Positions 27,053 to 35,364 of a stretch of 64,000 nt of DNA are shown here, one piece after another. Made by a program: the position numbers and the translations under genes. Source of the stretch: an uncultured Bacteroidota bacterium. GTDB lineage: Bacteria; Bacteroidota; Bacteroidia; Bacteroidales; WCHB1-69. Below the pieces are notes generated by a model. It saw only the letters and a list, made by a program, of their open reading frames with translations, did not search any database and was not told where the DNA came from. The stretch spans positions 1,141 to 65,140 of the forward strand of contig CACYHG010000025.1 of the NCBI GenBank assembly GCA_902774175.1. The letters are read 5' to 3'. How positions within the stretch are numbered: position 1 is the stretch's first letter; each line of letters opens with the position of its first letter.

Positions 27053-27226
27053 CACAATTTTTTTAACATTATCTGTTTGTCATTAATATTCAAAATTTAT
27101 AATCAAATATTTAAAAATAATGAATGATTCGGAAGACCCCATTGTCGGGAATGACATGAACGGTAACGGCAGCCTGCTGTTCGGCGACAAGATTGACGAA
27201 TTGAAAAAAGGAAAGGGAGTAAAGGA

Positions 27227-27821
27227 ATGAATGGTGTAAACAGGTTTGCTATAGCCATCCTAATGATGCTATCCGGATACTGGACAGTAGTCGCCCAACA
27301 GCAGATGACTGCTCCTGACAAGAAAAATGCTGTACTTGTAAGCGGAGGGGCTTTGGTGTTACAGAAAGGATATTCGCCAACATGTATTGCAGAGTTCCGT
27401 CCGGTGGCAGACCTGTTTTATCACCGCATGTTGGGGACGAAATTTTGTAAAACTTAATGACCGAACCTATTCCACCAAGTTCGATTGTTTGCAACAGAAC
27501 CATTCCTGTCTGATTGCTCTAGATTATTCTCTGGATTTTAACTATTTTAATGTTAACCCTTATGTTGCCATGGGGAGGTGTTGGACCAAATTCACTTTTG
27601 GCCACAATAATAACAGAACAGATAAGCAAACTTGCTTTATGTTGAGCCCTGGAATCCGGTTGGGATACAACATGGGGAGTTGGATGGCTTTTGCCTCATA
27701 TCATTTTGACTATTGTTTTATTAACACATATTATTACCCATATATAACTACAGCGGATGGCGTTGTTGATTTTAACCGAGGGCATCACAGCTTTAATTTT
27801 GGTGTGGGTTATAAATTTTAA
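27227..27821 (+). pseudogene. Small outer-membrane beta-barrel (porin-family, OmpA-barrel-like) protein, frameshifted
   Basis: The signal peptide MNGVNRFAIAILMMLSGYWTVVAQQ is in frame 2 (27227-27457). The barrel body, ending ...HHSFNFGVGYKF, is in frame 3 (27387-27821). The 595-nt span needs a 1-nt removal to restore the frame. A G4 run at 27433-27436 lies in the overlap. Confidence 0.55.
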
Positions 27822-27830
27822 AATCAAGGT

Positions 27831-28364
27831 ATGATGAAAAAGAATATTTTTGTCTGGTTAACATTTATTTTTATTTTATGCGATTTATCCATTTCTTGCA
27901 AAAGGGAGTTTCATGCATTTCCTTATGAACTTAGAGACTATTTCCCCTATGTGGGAAATCAAAAATTGACATTTGTCAACGACTGCAACCAACATCTTTC
28001 TGGCAGCATTTCCACCATGCACACTTCTGAGACATATTATCTTCCATATACATGCAAATGCGGTGATGGATATGATTCCCAAAAGAGTTTCACTATTGAT
28101 TCGGACAGTTTATATATTAATGGAGTTATGGATACAAGAAGTTCTGCATTTCTAATGACATTTCGTTGCAGATTTGGTACAGGCACAACGCTTGACATTG
28201 ACATGCAGAAAGAATTCTACGGCGACCCTTTTTCCGGGAACTTTTCAAAAACAGTGGGAGACACAGTGATTTTGGAAAAGGGGAATGACAGGATGGTTGT
28301 CATCAAAGGGAAAGGAATAGCCGAAATAAAAGCAGGGGATGATGTCTGGCATCTGAAAGAATAA
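27831..28364 (+). CDS. Hypothetical lipoprotein
   Basis: 177 aa. Signal peptide with a Cys lipobox (LCDLSISC). AT-rich. No recognised family. Confidence 0.55.
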   Translation: MMKKNIFVWLTFIFILCDLSISCKREFHAFPYELRDYFPYVGNQKLTFVNDCNQHLSGSISTMHTSETYYLPYTCKCGDGYDSQKSFTIDSDSLYINGVMDTRSSAFLMTFRCRFGTGTTLDIDMQKEFYGDPFSGNFSKTVGDTVILEKGNDRMVVIKGKGIAEIKAGDDVWHLKE

Positions 28365-28429
28365 AACTGAAGGAGTTATGAAAAGAAAGAAACAGATTGA
28401 CGAACTGAAAAAAGGTAAGGAGGAATAAT

Positions 28430-29023
28430 ATGAGGAAAATAGCATTTTATCTTGCTTTGTTTCTTATACTACTGCAATCCTGTGATATTCCGGAGGGAGG
28501 ATATGGCGCTGATTGCGACGGCTACAGTAAAGGCGTTGCCAAAATGAACCTTCCGCAGATTTCATCCAAGGATTATAACAGTGTGAAAACGCTGTTTTAC
28601 CGTTTGGGGCATTGGGAATCATGCGAACACGGAGGTCGTTTCAAACTTCCGCTGTCGGAGTATGATACACTGATGGTGGCCGGATATGTCACGGATACAA
28701 TCTGTATTAAGTATTTTCTTAATCCCCTATACAAGGTGACAGATGTTTCCACACCGTCCGACCAAGTGCCCTTTGTGTTTCTATATGTCGGGGATACAAA
28801 TTTCCGCAAGTTGCCTGACAGTACGGAACAGGCTATCCAGGATAAAATAAATGGCAATATGGGGAAAAAATTTTATATCAAGGATATCTTCAGAATGTGG
28901 GCGACATGGGACAAATACCCGTATAAGATCATACCCGGCAAAGGATTCGGCGATACAGGGCCGGATTTTGTCGTGCCGTATATTCTTATCAGAAGCAAAG
29001 AAAGCATTCGTTTTGAAAATTAG
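28430..29023 (+). CDS. Hypothetical lipoprotein
   Basis: 197 aa. Signal peptide with lipobox (LILLQSC). AT-rich. No recognised family. Confidence 0.55.
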   Translation: MRKIAFYLALFLILLQSCDIPEGGYGADCDGYSKGVAKMNLPQISSKDYNSVKTLFYRLGHWESCEHGGRFKLPLSEYDTLMVAGYVTDTICIKYFLNPLYKVTDVSTPSDQVPFVFLYVGDTNFRKLPDSTEQAIQDKINGNMGKKFYIKDIFRMWATWDKYPYKIIPGKGFGDTGPDFVVPYILIRSKESIRFEN

Positions 29024-29076
29024 GAAAAGATGAAAACAAAAACAATAAATTTATGAAAGACTGAAAAAGCATACAA

Positions 29077-29099
29077 TGCGGCATCTGAACGGTGCCGCA
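29077..29099. terminator. Hairpin between convergent genes (possible bidirectional terminator)
   Basis: 7-bp stem TGCGGCA / TGCCGCA with a 9-nt loop, between the stop at 29023 (+) and the hmuY stop at 29125 (-). Confidence 0.4.
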
Positions 29100-29124
29100 C
29101 TGCATGTATAAGTATTCATCGCCG

Positions 29125-29763
29125 TCAGAAAGGATAGATGTACCGGATGGTGATGTAGCCCTTGGCTCCCGAGGCGTCGGTGAAGCCGGTGAAATGGAGT
29201 GCGGCACGGCTGCCGTCAGCCAGCCGCAGTATATAGGGCCGCCCACTCATGGTATAGACGGGCGGCATGGTGGATGTGTTGACATCCATCCAGCGCGAAA
29301 GCACCGGATTTAGCAGGCAGGTGTCATAGAGGATATTCCCGTCCATCATCCCTGACATGTCTATGGCCACGCGGGAGAGCGTGTCCGGAATGAAAAGGGC
29401 GGTTGCGGGAACGCCCTGCTCCCGCAACTGCTCCAATGACACACATTCTGTTTCAAAAGCGGAGCCTCCGTTTGTCCGCACATCATAGCGATGCAGGGCA
29501 AAGTCCCATTCCGCCGGCGCCATCTCCCCCTTCAGCACATTGGAGGTGTCGGTGGTTTTGCCTTTCAGGCGGATATATGTCCAGCGCGCATAGCTGGTGG
29601 CATCGATATGGATGGTGCCGCTGTTGTCATCGTTAATTTCGATGAAGCCATATTCCGAACTGCGGACAGGCTTGTCATAAATGCCGCCGAAAATCCCTTC
29701 GCAGCCGCAACAACACAGAACAAACAGCGGCAACAGCGCAAACAGGCAGGCTCTTTTCTTCAT
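29125..29763 (-). CDS. hmuY: HmuY-family haem-binding lipoprotein
   Basis: 212 aa. Lipoprotein signal (LCCCGC). Block WDFALHRYDVRTNGG and the C-terminus ...GYITIRYIYPF are as in HmuY-like proteins. It lies in the hmu locus context. Confidence 0.7.
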   Translation of the reverse strand: MKKRACLFALLPLFVLCCCGCEGIFGGIYDKPVRSSEYGFIEINDDNSGTIHIDATSYARWTYIRLKGKTTDTSNVLKGEMAPAEWDFALHRYDVRTNGGSAFETECVSLEQLREQGVPATALFIPDTLSRVAIDMSGMMDGNILYDTCLLNPVLSRWMDVNTSTMPPVYTMSGRPYILRLADGSRAALHFTGFTDASGAKGYITIRYIYPF

Positions 29764-29769
29764 CTTTTA

Positions 29770-30219
29770 TTACATGTTAAACACAAACTGGATGGACATC
29801 GGCATGGAACCGGGCGTCAGCTGGTATTCCAGCCCTAATTTCTTGTCCTTCACCTCACCTTTAAGCGAGCCTTTCCAAGTTGTTTCGCCGGATTTGAATT
29901 CGACCTGAGTCTCCTCCAATGTGTAGTTCTTGTCCGTGTTCTTTGTGACCTGGATGCCGTTGACAGTGATTTCAGGGGCGCTCATCCTGCCCTCGCCCAT
30001 CGCGGGTATGACAAGGGTCGCCTTCTCCTCATTCTCCGCCTTCAGGGTCATGGTGGCCTCCTGCCGTCCCTTCTCCTTACCGGAGACGCTCATCACAAGC
30101 GTGCCCTTGTAACTTCCCTCCACCTCTTCGGCAGGTTTGTCTTTTTTACAGCCTGTCATCATGGCCGCACCGGCCACCAGCAGTCCCACGAACATAATTC
30201 TTAAAGTTTTCATTTCCAA
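29770..30219 (-). CDS. Small lipocalin/calycin-like lipoprotein
   Basis: 149 aa. Lipobox (MMTGC). Predicted all-beta. Lies 6 nt upstream of hmuY. Confidence 0.5.
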   Translation of the reverse strand: MEMKTLRIMFVGLLVAGAAMMTGCKKDKPAEEVEGSYKGTLVMSVSGKEKGRQEATMTLKAENEEKATLVIPAMGEGRMSAPEITVNGIQVTKNTDKNYTLEETQVEFKSGETTWKGSLKGEVKDKKLGLEYQLTPGSMPMSIQFVFNM

Positions 30220-30260
30220 TAAAGTTTAAGTTAAACATAAGTTAATTCAATTGCAATCCG

Positions 30261-30355
30261 TCACGCTTCCGTGACAGTTGCAAAAGTAGCGGAACCCAAT
30301 TGGAAATCCCCTCCCCTAAAATGATGAAAAATACGGCTGGGACTAACCAACAAAA
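30261..30355. repeat. ~95-bp promoter/leader module, copy 2 (upstream of the lipocalin-like gene and hmuY)
   Basis: See 26841-26935. Confidence 0.75.
30281..30288 (-). promoter_or_regulatory. -7 promoter box (TACTTTTG on minus strand) for the lipocalin-like gene and hmuY
   Basis: Plus-strand CAAAAGTA, 62 nt upstream of the ATG at 30219. Confidence 0.5.
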
Positions 30356-30461
30356 AAAAAGGCAACCGTCCAGACCGCAACCGGCATTTTATCCCCACAA
30401 ATGGGGATGGAAAACCGATAATCCCCCATTTCCGGTCATGCGGGGGTTGGCATTTTTTGAC

Positions 30462-30469
30462 TATATTTG
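30462..30469 (+). promoter_or_regulatory. -7 promoter box (TATATTTG) for the hemerythrin-like/LuxR pair
   Basis: Matches TAnnTTTG, 56 nt upstream of the ATG at 30525. Confidence 0.45.
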
Positions 30470-30524
30470 CAATTTGCAAACGGAAGCCGCATCGGTCTCC
30501 AATAATATTGAAAAACATATATTT

Positions 30525-31229
30525 ATGAACAATATACAGTTAAACCCCTCCATGAAGTTCTCCGATCTGCTGAATTTCAACCCGGAACTCATACTGCTGC
30601 TCTCACGCTTCCACATTCCGCTGGGATTCGGGGAGAAGACCGTGGAGGAAATCTGTGCGGAACAAAACCTTTCCGCAAACCTTTTCCTGCTGATATGCAA
30701 GGTCTACTCCATCAAAGGGTACAAAATCAGCCGCGAAGAGGCGGAACGGACCGACATGGGCGACCTGCTACTTTTCCTCTCCGACTCCCACCGCTATTAC
30801 CTTGAGGAGCGGCTCCCGCACATCGCAACACATCTGATGCACATCGCTGAAAAATGCACGGCATCACAAGGCAGGCTGCTCCAGCAGTTTTATGAGGAAT
30901 ACCGCAACGAGGTTATCGCCCATTTTGATTATGAGGAGAAAACAGTTTTCCCCTATATCCGCGTGCTGATGGAAGGAAAACAGGAGGCTTCGTTCCGCAT
31001 ACGGGAGTTCGAGAGCAACCACTCCAACATTGAGGAGAAGCTGCAGGACTTGGTAAGCATACTACTCAAATACCTGCCGCCGGAATCATCCCCGCAGGAG
31101 CGCATCTCCATCACCATGGACATCTACCACCTGACGGAGGACATCAACCGGCATTCGCAACTGGAGGACCACCTGCTGGTCCACTATGCCAACATGAAGG
31201 AAAGGGGGAATCATGACCAGACAGAATAA
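30525..31229 (+). CDS. Hemerythrin-like (HHE cation-binding) domain protein
   Basis: The start is trimmed to MNNIQLNPSMKF (ATG at 30525) because the track ORF from 30300 reads through the promoter module. His/Glu-rich helices are present (DSHRYYLEERLPHIATHLMHIAE, VIAHFDYEEKTVFPYI, HSNIEEKLQDL, HSQLEDHLL). Confidence 0.6.
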   Translation: MNNIQLNPSMKFSDLLNFNPELILLLSRFHIPLGFGEKTVEEICAEQNLSANLFLLICKVYSIKGYKISREEAERTDMGDLLLFLSDSHRYYLEERLPHIATHLMHIAEKCTASQGRLLQQFYEEYRNEVIAHFDYEEKTVFPYIRVLMEGKQEASFRIREFESNHSNIEEKLQDLVSILLKYLPPESSPQERISITMDIYHLTEDINRHSQLEDHLLVHYANMKERGNHDQTE

Positions 31230-31812
31230 AGTGCTCATTGTGGAGCATTCCCCCGTGGTGGCCGAAGGGCTTAAAAGCCTGTTTGAGGAGACGGAATACC
31301 GTGTCATTGCCACACTCCCCACATTGGAGAGCGCCTTGGAGCGTCTGCCCGCGCTGAACCCCGACATAGTGGTTCTGAACCCGATGCTGATTGATTTTTC
31401 CCAGCGGCTGAAGCTGCGCCACATTTTCCAGGAGTATCCGAACCTGCTGCTTGCGGCCATGCAGACCTTCTACTGCGAACAGAGCGTGCTGGCACAGTTC
31501 CATACGGTGCTGGACCTGGAGGACAATCCTGCACGTATCTCGACCAAGCTTAAAAACGCGCTGGAGGCCATTTCACACGAAACGGAGGGGGCTCCCGCCG
31601 GCAGCGAGCTCTCCATGCGGGAGAAGGAGGTGCTGAAAGCCATTTCGAAAGGCTATACAAACAAGCAGGTGGCTGACATGCTGCACCTTTCGGTGCACAC
31701 GGTAATCACCCACCGGAAGAACATCTCACACAAGACAGGCATAAAGACACTCTCCGGCCTCACACTCTACGCACTCATCAACCATCTGATAGACGAGAAC
31801 GAGATACAGTGA
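31213..31812 (+). CDS. LuxR/FixJ-family DNA-binding regulator with an atypical (pseudo-)receiver domain
   Basis: C-terminal LuxR HTH (LSMREKEVLKAISKGYTNKQVADMLHLSVHTVITHRKNI). The N-terminal receiver-like fold has VEHS in place of the acidic pair and DIVVLNPML in place of the phospho-acceptor Asp. It overlaps the upstream gene by 17 nt. Confidence 0.75.
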   Translation: MTRQNKVLIVEHSPVVAEGLKSLFEETEYRVIATLPTLESALERLPALNPDIVVLNPMLIDFSQRLKLRHIFQEYPNLLLAAMQTFYCEQSVLAQFHTVLDLEDNPARISTKLKNALEAISHETEGAPAGSELSMREKEVLKAISKGYTNKQVADMLHLSVHTVITHRKNISHKTGIKTLSGLTLYALINHLIDENEIQ

Positions 31813-31824
31813 ACCTGTAAAAAA

Positions 31825-32571
31825 TTATTTGGAAATAATCCGTATCCTTTTCGGCTGCGCGGCGTCGGTGCGGACCGAATAGCATTCGTTTTCAAACGCA
31901 GCGGGTGCTGCCGTCGGGAACAGCGAAACGGCATGCTGCAGATGGCGCGGCGTATCCATGACAAACAGCGTGTCCATCACTGAGAACATCCATCCGTCCT
32001 CCCGCTGGTGGCAGCGGTAGCGCGGCGAACCGGTATACGGGAAGGAGAATGTGGCTATCTCCGTGCCGGTGTACAGCTCGACAATCCGCATCCGGCTGCT
32101 GTAGCTGTCATCGTCCTCCGGCCAGCGAGGGTTCTCAAGCTTTTTCACCGAATAGTCGGCGATGACAAGGTAGACCTCTTCGCCATAGCGCACCATGTCG
32201 AGGAACATCATCTGAGTGGTGTCACGCAGCGTGTAGAGGCGCTGCGGCTTTGCTCCTGCACGCACATGCCTTTTGTACACATGGTTGCCCTCCGTGTATA
32301 TGAAATGCTTCGCATCTGTAAAAAGTGCGCCCCAATAGAACGAGGGGCTGCCGGCCACCAGAACCTCCCTGCCGTTCTTCACATTCAGCAGCAGCAGGTC
32401 GGAGCGGAAATAATCCTCCCCTTTCCACTGGTCAGGATTTGTACTGCGGGCCACCAGCGCATGGCGTCCGTTACCGTCAAGGAAGCGTCCGTCGTAATTC
32501 CATTCGCCCTGCGCATGAAGGCCGCCAACGGAAACTGTCAGCAACAGCAAAAACAATCTTACATTGTCCAT
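31825..32571 (-). CDS. Hypothetical secreted protein
   Basis: 248 aa. Signal peptide (LLLLTVSVGGLHAQ). No recognised family. Overlaps the upstream kinase gene by 13 nt. Confidence 0.5.
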   Translation of the reverse strand: MDNVRLFLLLLTVSVGGLHAQGEWNYDGRFLDGNGRHALVARSTNPDQWKGEDYFRSDLLLLNVKNGREVLVAGSPSFYWGALFTDAKHFIYTEGNHVYKRHVRAGAKPQRLYTLRDTTQMMFLDMVRYGEEVYLVIADYSVKKLENPRWPEDDDSYSSRMRIVELYTGTEIATFSFPYTGSPRYRCHQREDGWMFSVMDTLFVMDTPRHLQHAVSLFPTAAPAAFENECYSVRTDAAQPKRIRIISK

Positions 32572-33578
32572 GTCTTCAACCCTTCATTTACAAATTCATA
32601 ACGCTTGGCCTTGCCGCCGAACCGCTGCAACGCCTCAACCACAGCGTAACGGGTCACGCCCGGGCAATAGAAGAACATGAATCCGCCGCCGCCCGCGCCG
32701 GAGATTTTGCCTCCTGAGGCTCCAGCCTCCTTCGCGGCGTTGTAGATTCCGTCGATGCGTGGATTTGTGATGCTGCTGGCCATCTGCTTCTTATACCTCC
32801 ATCCGAAGTCGAGGATCTCCCCTATCCGGTCAATGTTGCCACGGAGCAGCGCCTCCTTCATCTGGACCGCCTGCTCCTTCAGCTTGTGCATCGCCTCGAT
32901 GGACTGGCTGTTTTTTGCCCGCACGTTCTTCTGCTGCTCCTCAATGATTTCCGCCGACACATGGCTGGTATCGGTATAGTACAGCACCAGATTGTGCGCC
33001 AGCTCGTCCGCGTAGCGGTTGCGGATGCGCAGCGGATTGACAATCACATTCTCCTTGTTGAACTCCATGAAGTTGAAGCCCCCGAAGGTGGCGGCGTACT
33101 GGTCCTGCTTGCCGCCGCTCATACCCAAATCCACACGCTCTATCTCGTAGGCGAGCCGCGCTATGTCATATTCGCCCAACGGCAGCTTGAGCCACTCCAC
33201 AAACGCGCCCAAAATACTTACAACCAATGTGGAGGATGTTCCCAAGCCGGAACCGGGCGGCACATCCACGTAGGAGGCGATGCGGAACGAGAGCGGCTGG
33301 TGGGTGAACTGCCGCACAATGCGGTTATAGACCCCCTTGTGCAGCACGAAAAAACCATCTGTGTCCACGCATTCCGCGCTGTCATATTCCTCCCGCAGCT
33401 TGCGGTCAGGAGACTCGAAAACCATTTTGCCGTCGTCAGTTGGCTCCAACGTGGTGTATGCGAACATGTTGATGGTGGCGTTCAGGATCGCGCCCCCGTA
33501 TAAATCTGAGTACGGTGAAACGTCGGTGCCCCCACCGGCCAGTCCCAAACGCAACGGCGCTTTGCTTCTTATAATCAT
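32559..33578 (-). CDS. GHMP-family sugar kinase (heptose-7-phosphate/fucose kinase-like)
   Basis: N-terminus SKAPLRLGLAGGGTDVSPY. GHMP motif II PPGSGLGTSS. C-terminal GKISGAGGGGFMFF. 339 aa. Confidence 0.75.
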   Translation of the reverse strand: MIIRSKAPLRLGLAGGGTDVSPYSDLYGGAILNATINMFAYTTLEPTDDGKMVFESPDRKLREEYDSAECVDTDGFFVLHKGVYNRIVRQFTHQPLSFRIASYVDVPPGSGLGTSSTLVVSILGAFVEWLKLPLGEYDIARLAYEIERVDLGMSGGKQDQYAATFGGFNFMEFNKENVIVNPLRIRNRYADELAHNLVLYYTDTSHVSAEIIEEQQKNVRAKNSQSIEAMHKLKEQAVQMKEALLRGNIDRIGEILDFGWRYKKQMASSITNPRIDGIYNAAKEAGASGGKISGAGGGGFMFFYCPGVTRYAVVEALQRFGGKAKRYEFVNEGLKTWTM

Positions 33579-33717
33579 GATATTTTTATTCTTTAAACTT
33601 TCTTATTAACGGGGAAAAAGTGGGAATATTGTGGTCAAGGGATTGCAACTCTAATAACTTGTTATAAATCTTTCTTTTCATAAAAGCCATTACATCATTT
33701 CAAGATTATTGGATTTG

Positions 33718-33725
33718 CAAAAATA
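33718..33725 (-). promoter_or_regulatory. -7 promoter box (TATTTTTG on minus strand) flanked by 15-bp direct repeats
   Basis: Plus-strand CAAAAATA. TTTCAAGATTATTGG occurs at 33698-33712 and 33731-33745 on either side. Confidence 0.4.
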
Positions 33726-33835
33726 CAACTTTTCAAGATTATTGGGTATCTATAGCCTGATTAAAAAACACCTTTTTGCAACCGGCGAAGATATTCCATA
33801 GGCGTTAGAACCGGAATTTCAGCATTGGTAAAATC

Positions 33836-34090
33836 TCATAAGTATTTCTCGGTCAAGTATTCTTCCTTCAGAACATCCGCCTCTTCATCCGACAAACTGA
33901 CCGGATTTCCGCTCCGCAAACTTGCCACTAACGGGGAAACTGACAAATCAGGTACCGATTCCTTTCTCCGCAATGACTTCACATAATCAACTACCTGCTG
34001 TAGCATTTCCTTCGGCATGGAACTGAGTTCCGTATTGATTGCCGCACGTAAATCATACACTGTCATGGCATTATATTTAGTGTTATACAT
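33836..34090 (-). CDS. Hypothetical small protein
   Basis: 84-aa ORF with a possible -7 box (plus-strand CAAAAATA near 34180). No family recognised. Confidence 0.35.
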   Translation of the reverse strand: MYNTKYNAMTVYDLRAAINTELSSMPKEMLQQVVDYVKSLRRKESVPDLSVSPLVASLRSGNPVSLSDEEADVLKEEYLTEKYL

Positions 34091-34234
34091 CTTTTTCCAA
34101 AACTACTATAACAACGGTAATATATTCCTATTTATTGTATAGACCTTTATTTTAATATATGCTTATCCATATCAGAATGCAAAAATAGTTGAAAAACGTA
34201 TACGGATTTCAAATGCAAGAGAGAAAAAAAACTG

Positions 34235-35359
34235 CTACATAATCAGCCCTTCGATGGCTTCCGTCATGGAGGTCCAGGCGTATTTTTTCTTCTCCTCACG
34301 GAGGTTCCGCTCGAACTCCTCCTGCCTGTTCTCACTGAAAAAGCGGAACAGCGCGTCGGCAATCTGCTGAGAATCCGGCTCCACAACAAAGCCCACCTTG
34401 CCGTCCGGCACAATCTCGGCCAGGCCGCCCACATTGGTCACCAGCATCGGCTTTTCAAAATGGAAGGCAATCTGGGTCACGCCGCTCTGCGTGGCGGACT
34501 TGTAGGGCTGCGCCACGATATCGGCGGCGCTGAAATGGCGGTTCACCTCGCTGTCGGGGATGAAATCGGTGCAGAGCACCACCTTCTCCCCGATGCCAAG
34601 CCGCTTAACCTGTTCCAGATATGGCTCCGGATCGCCGTAGAACTCCCCTGCCACAATCAGTTTGACCGGAAGCTCGCGCAAACGTTCGTCGGCAAAGGCG
34701 TCGAAAAGCAGGTCCAGCCCCTTGTAGGCGCGGATAAAGCCGAAAAAGAGCACATAACGGAAACTGCTGTCCAATCCGAGCAATTTAAGAGCCTCTTCCC
34801 TCGGCAGCCGCTCCCCATAATGGTCGTAAAGCGGATGCGGGCAGAAACGCGCCGGCTTGCTTTGGGTGAAAAGGCGCAAATCCTGCAGCACCGACTTCGA
34901 CATGGCCACGAAACCGTCGGTCGGGCGGATGAAATAGCGGGCGAACATTTTGTCACCGATGCGGTGCTCATGCGGAACCACATTGTCCAGGATGGATATG
35001 AGCTTCGTGTGACGGTTGCGCCTCACACACCGTGCAATGGTGCCGAAACAGGGTCCCATGAAGGGCAGCCAGAACTTGGTGATCATCAAATCGGGCTTTT
35101 TGCGCCGGATTTCCCGCCCCACCTTTATCCAGTTGAAGGGGTTGCAGGAGTTGATTTTCCGGTAGATACGCAAGTTTTCCGGTGCCGGTTCGTCACTGTA
35201 CTGGGTTTTGCCCGGAAACAAAAATCCCGGGTACTGCAGGGTGAAGGTGTAGATTTCCACCTCATGCCCCTGATTCTGGAATTCAAATGCCAACCGCTCG
35301 TTGAATGCGGAGAGCCCGCCCCTGTAAGGATATGCCGTTCCGACGATGATGATTTTCAT
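34235..35359 (-). CDS. Glycosyltransferase family 4 (GT-B fold)
   Basis: 374 aa. N-terminus KIIIVGTAYPYRGG. The C-terminal GT1/GT4 core has an E-x7-E-like region (FEKPMLVTNVGGLAEIV). Confidence 0.75.
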   Translation of the reverse strand: MKIIIVGTAYPYRGGLSAFNERLAFEFQNQGHEVEIYTFTLQYPGFLFPGKTQYSDEPAPENLRIYRKINSCNPFNWIKVGREIRRKKPDLMITKFWLPFMGPCFGTIARCVRRNRHTKLISILDNVVPHEHRIGDKMFARYFIRPTDGFVAMSKSVLQDLRLFTQSKPARFCPHPLYDHYGERLPREEALKLLGLDSSFRYVLFFGFIRAYKGLDLLFDAFADERLRELPVKLIVAGEFYGDPEPYLEQVKRLGIGEKVVLCTDFIPDSEVNRHFSAADIVAQPYKSATQSGVTQIAFHFEKPMLVTNVGGLAEIVPDGKVGFVVEPDSQQIADALFRFFSENRQEEFERNLREEKKKYAWTSMTEAIEGLIM

Positions 35360-35364
35360 GACTT

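Noticed and set aside
27120-27230. The mini-ORF as a RiPP or bacteriocin precursor with a GG-type leader.
   Set aside because: There is no Gly-Gly cleavage motif followed by a core peptide. There are no maturation genes, peptidase-domain transporter genes or rSAM genes nearby.
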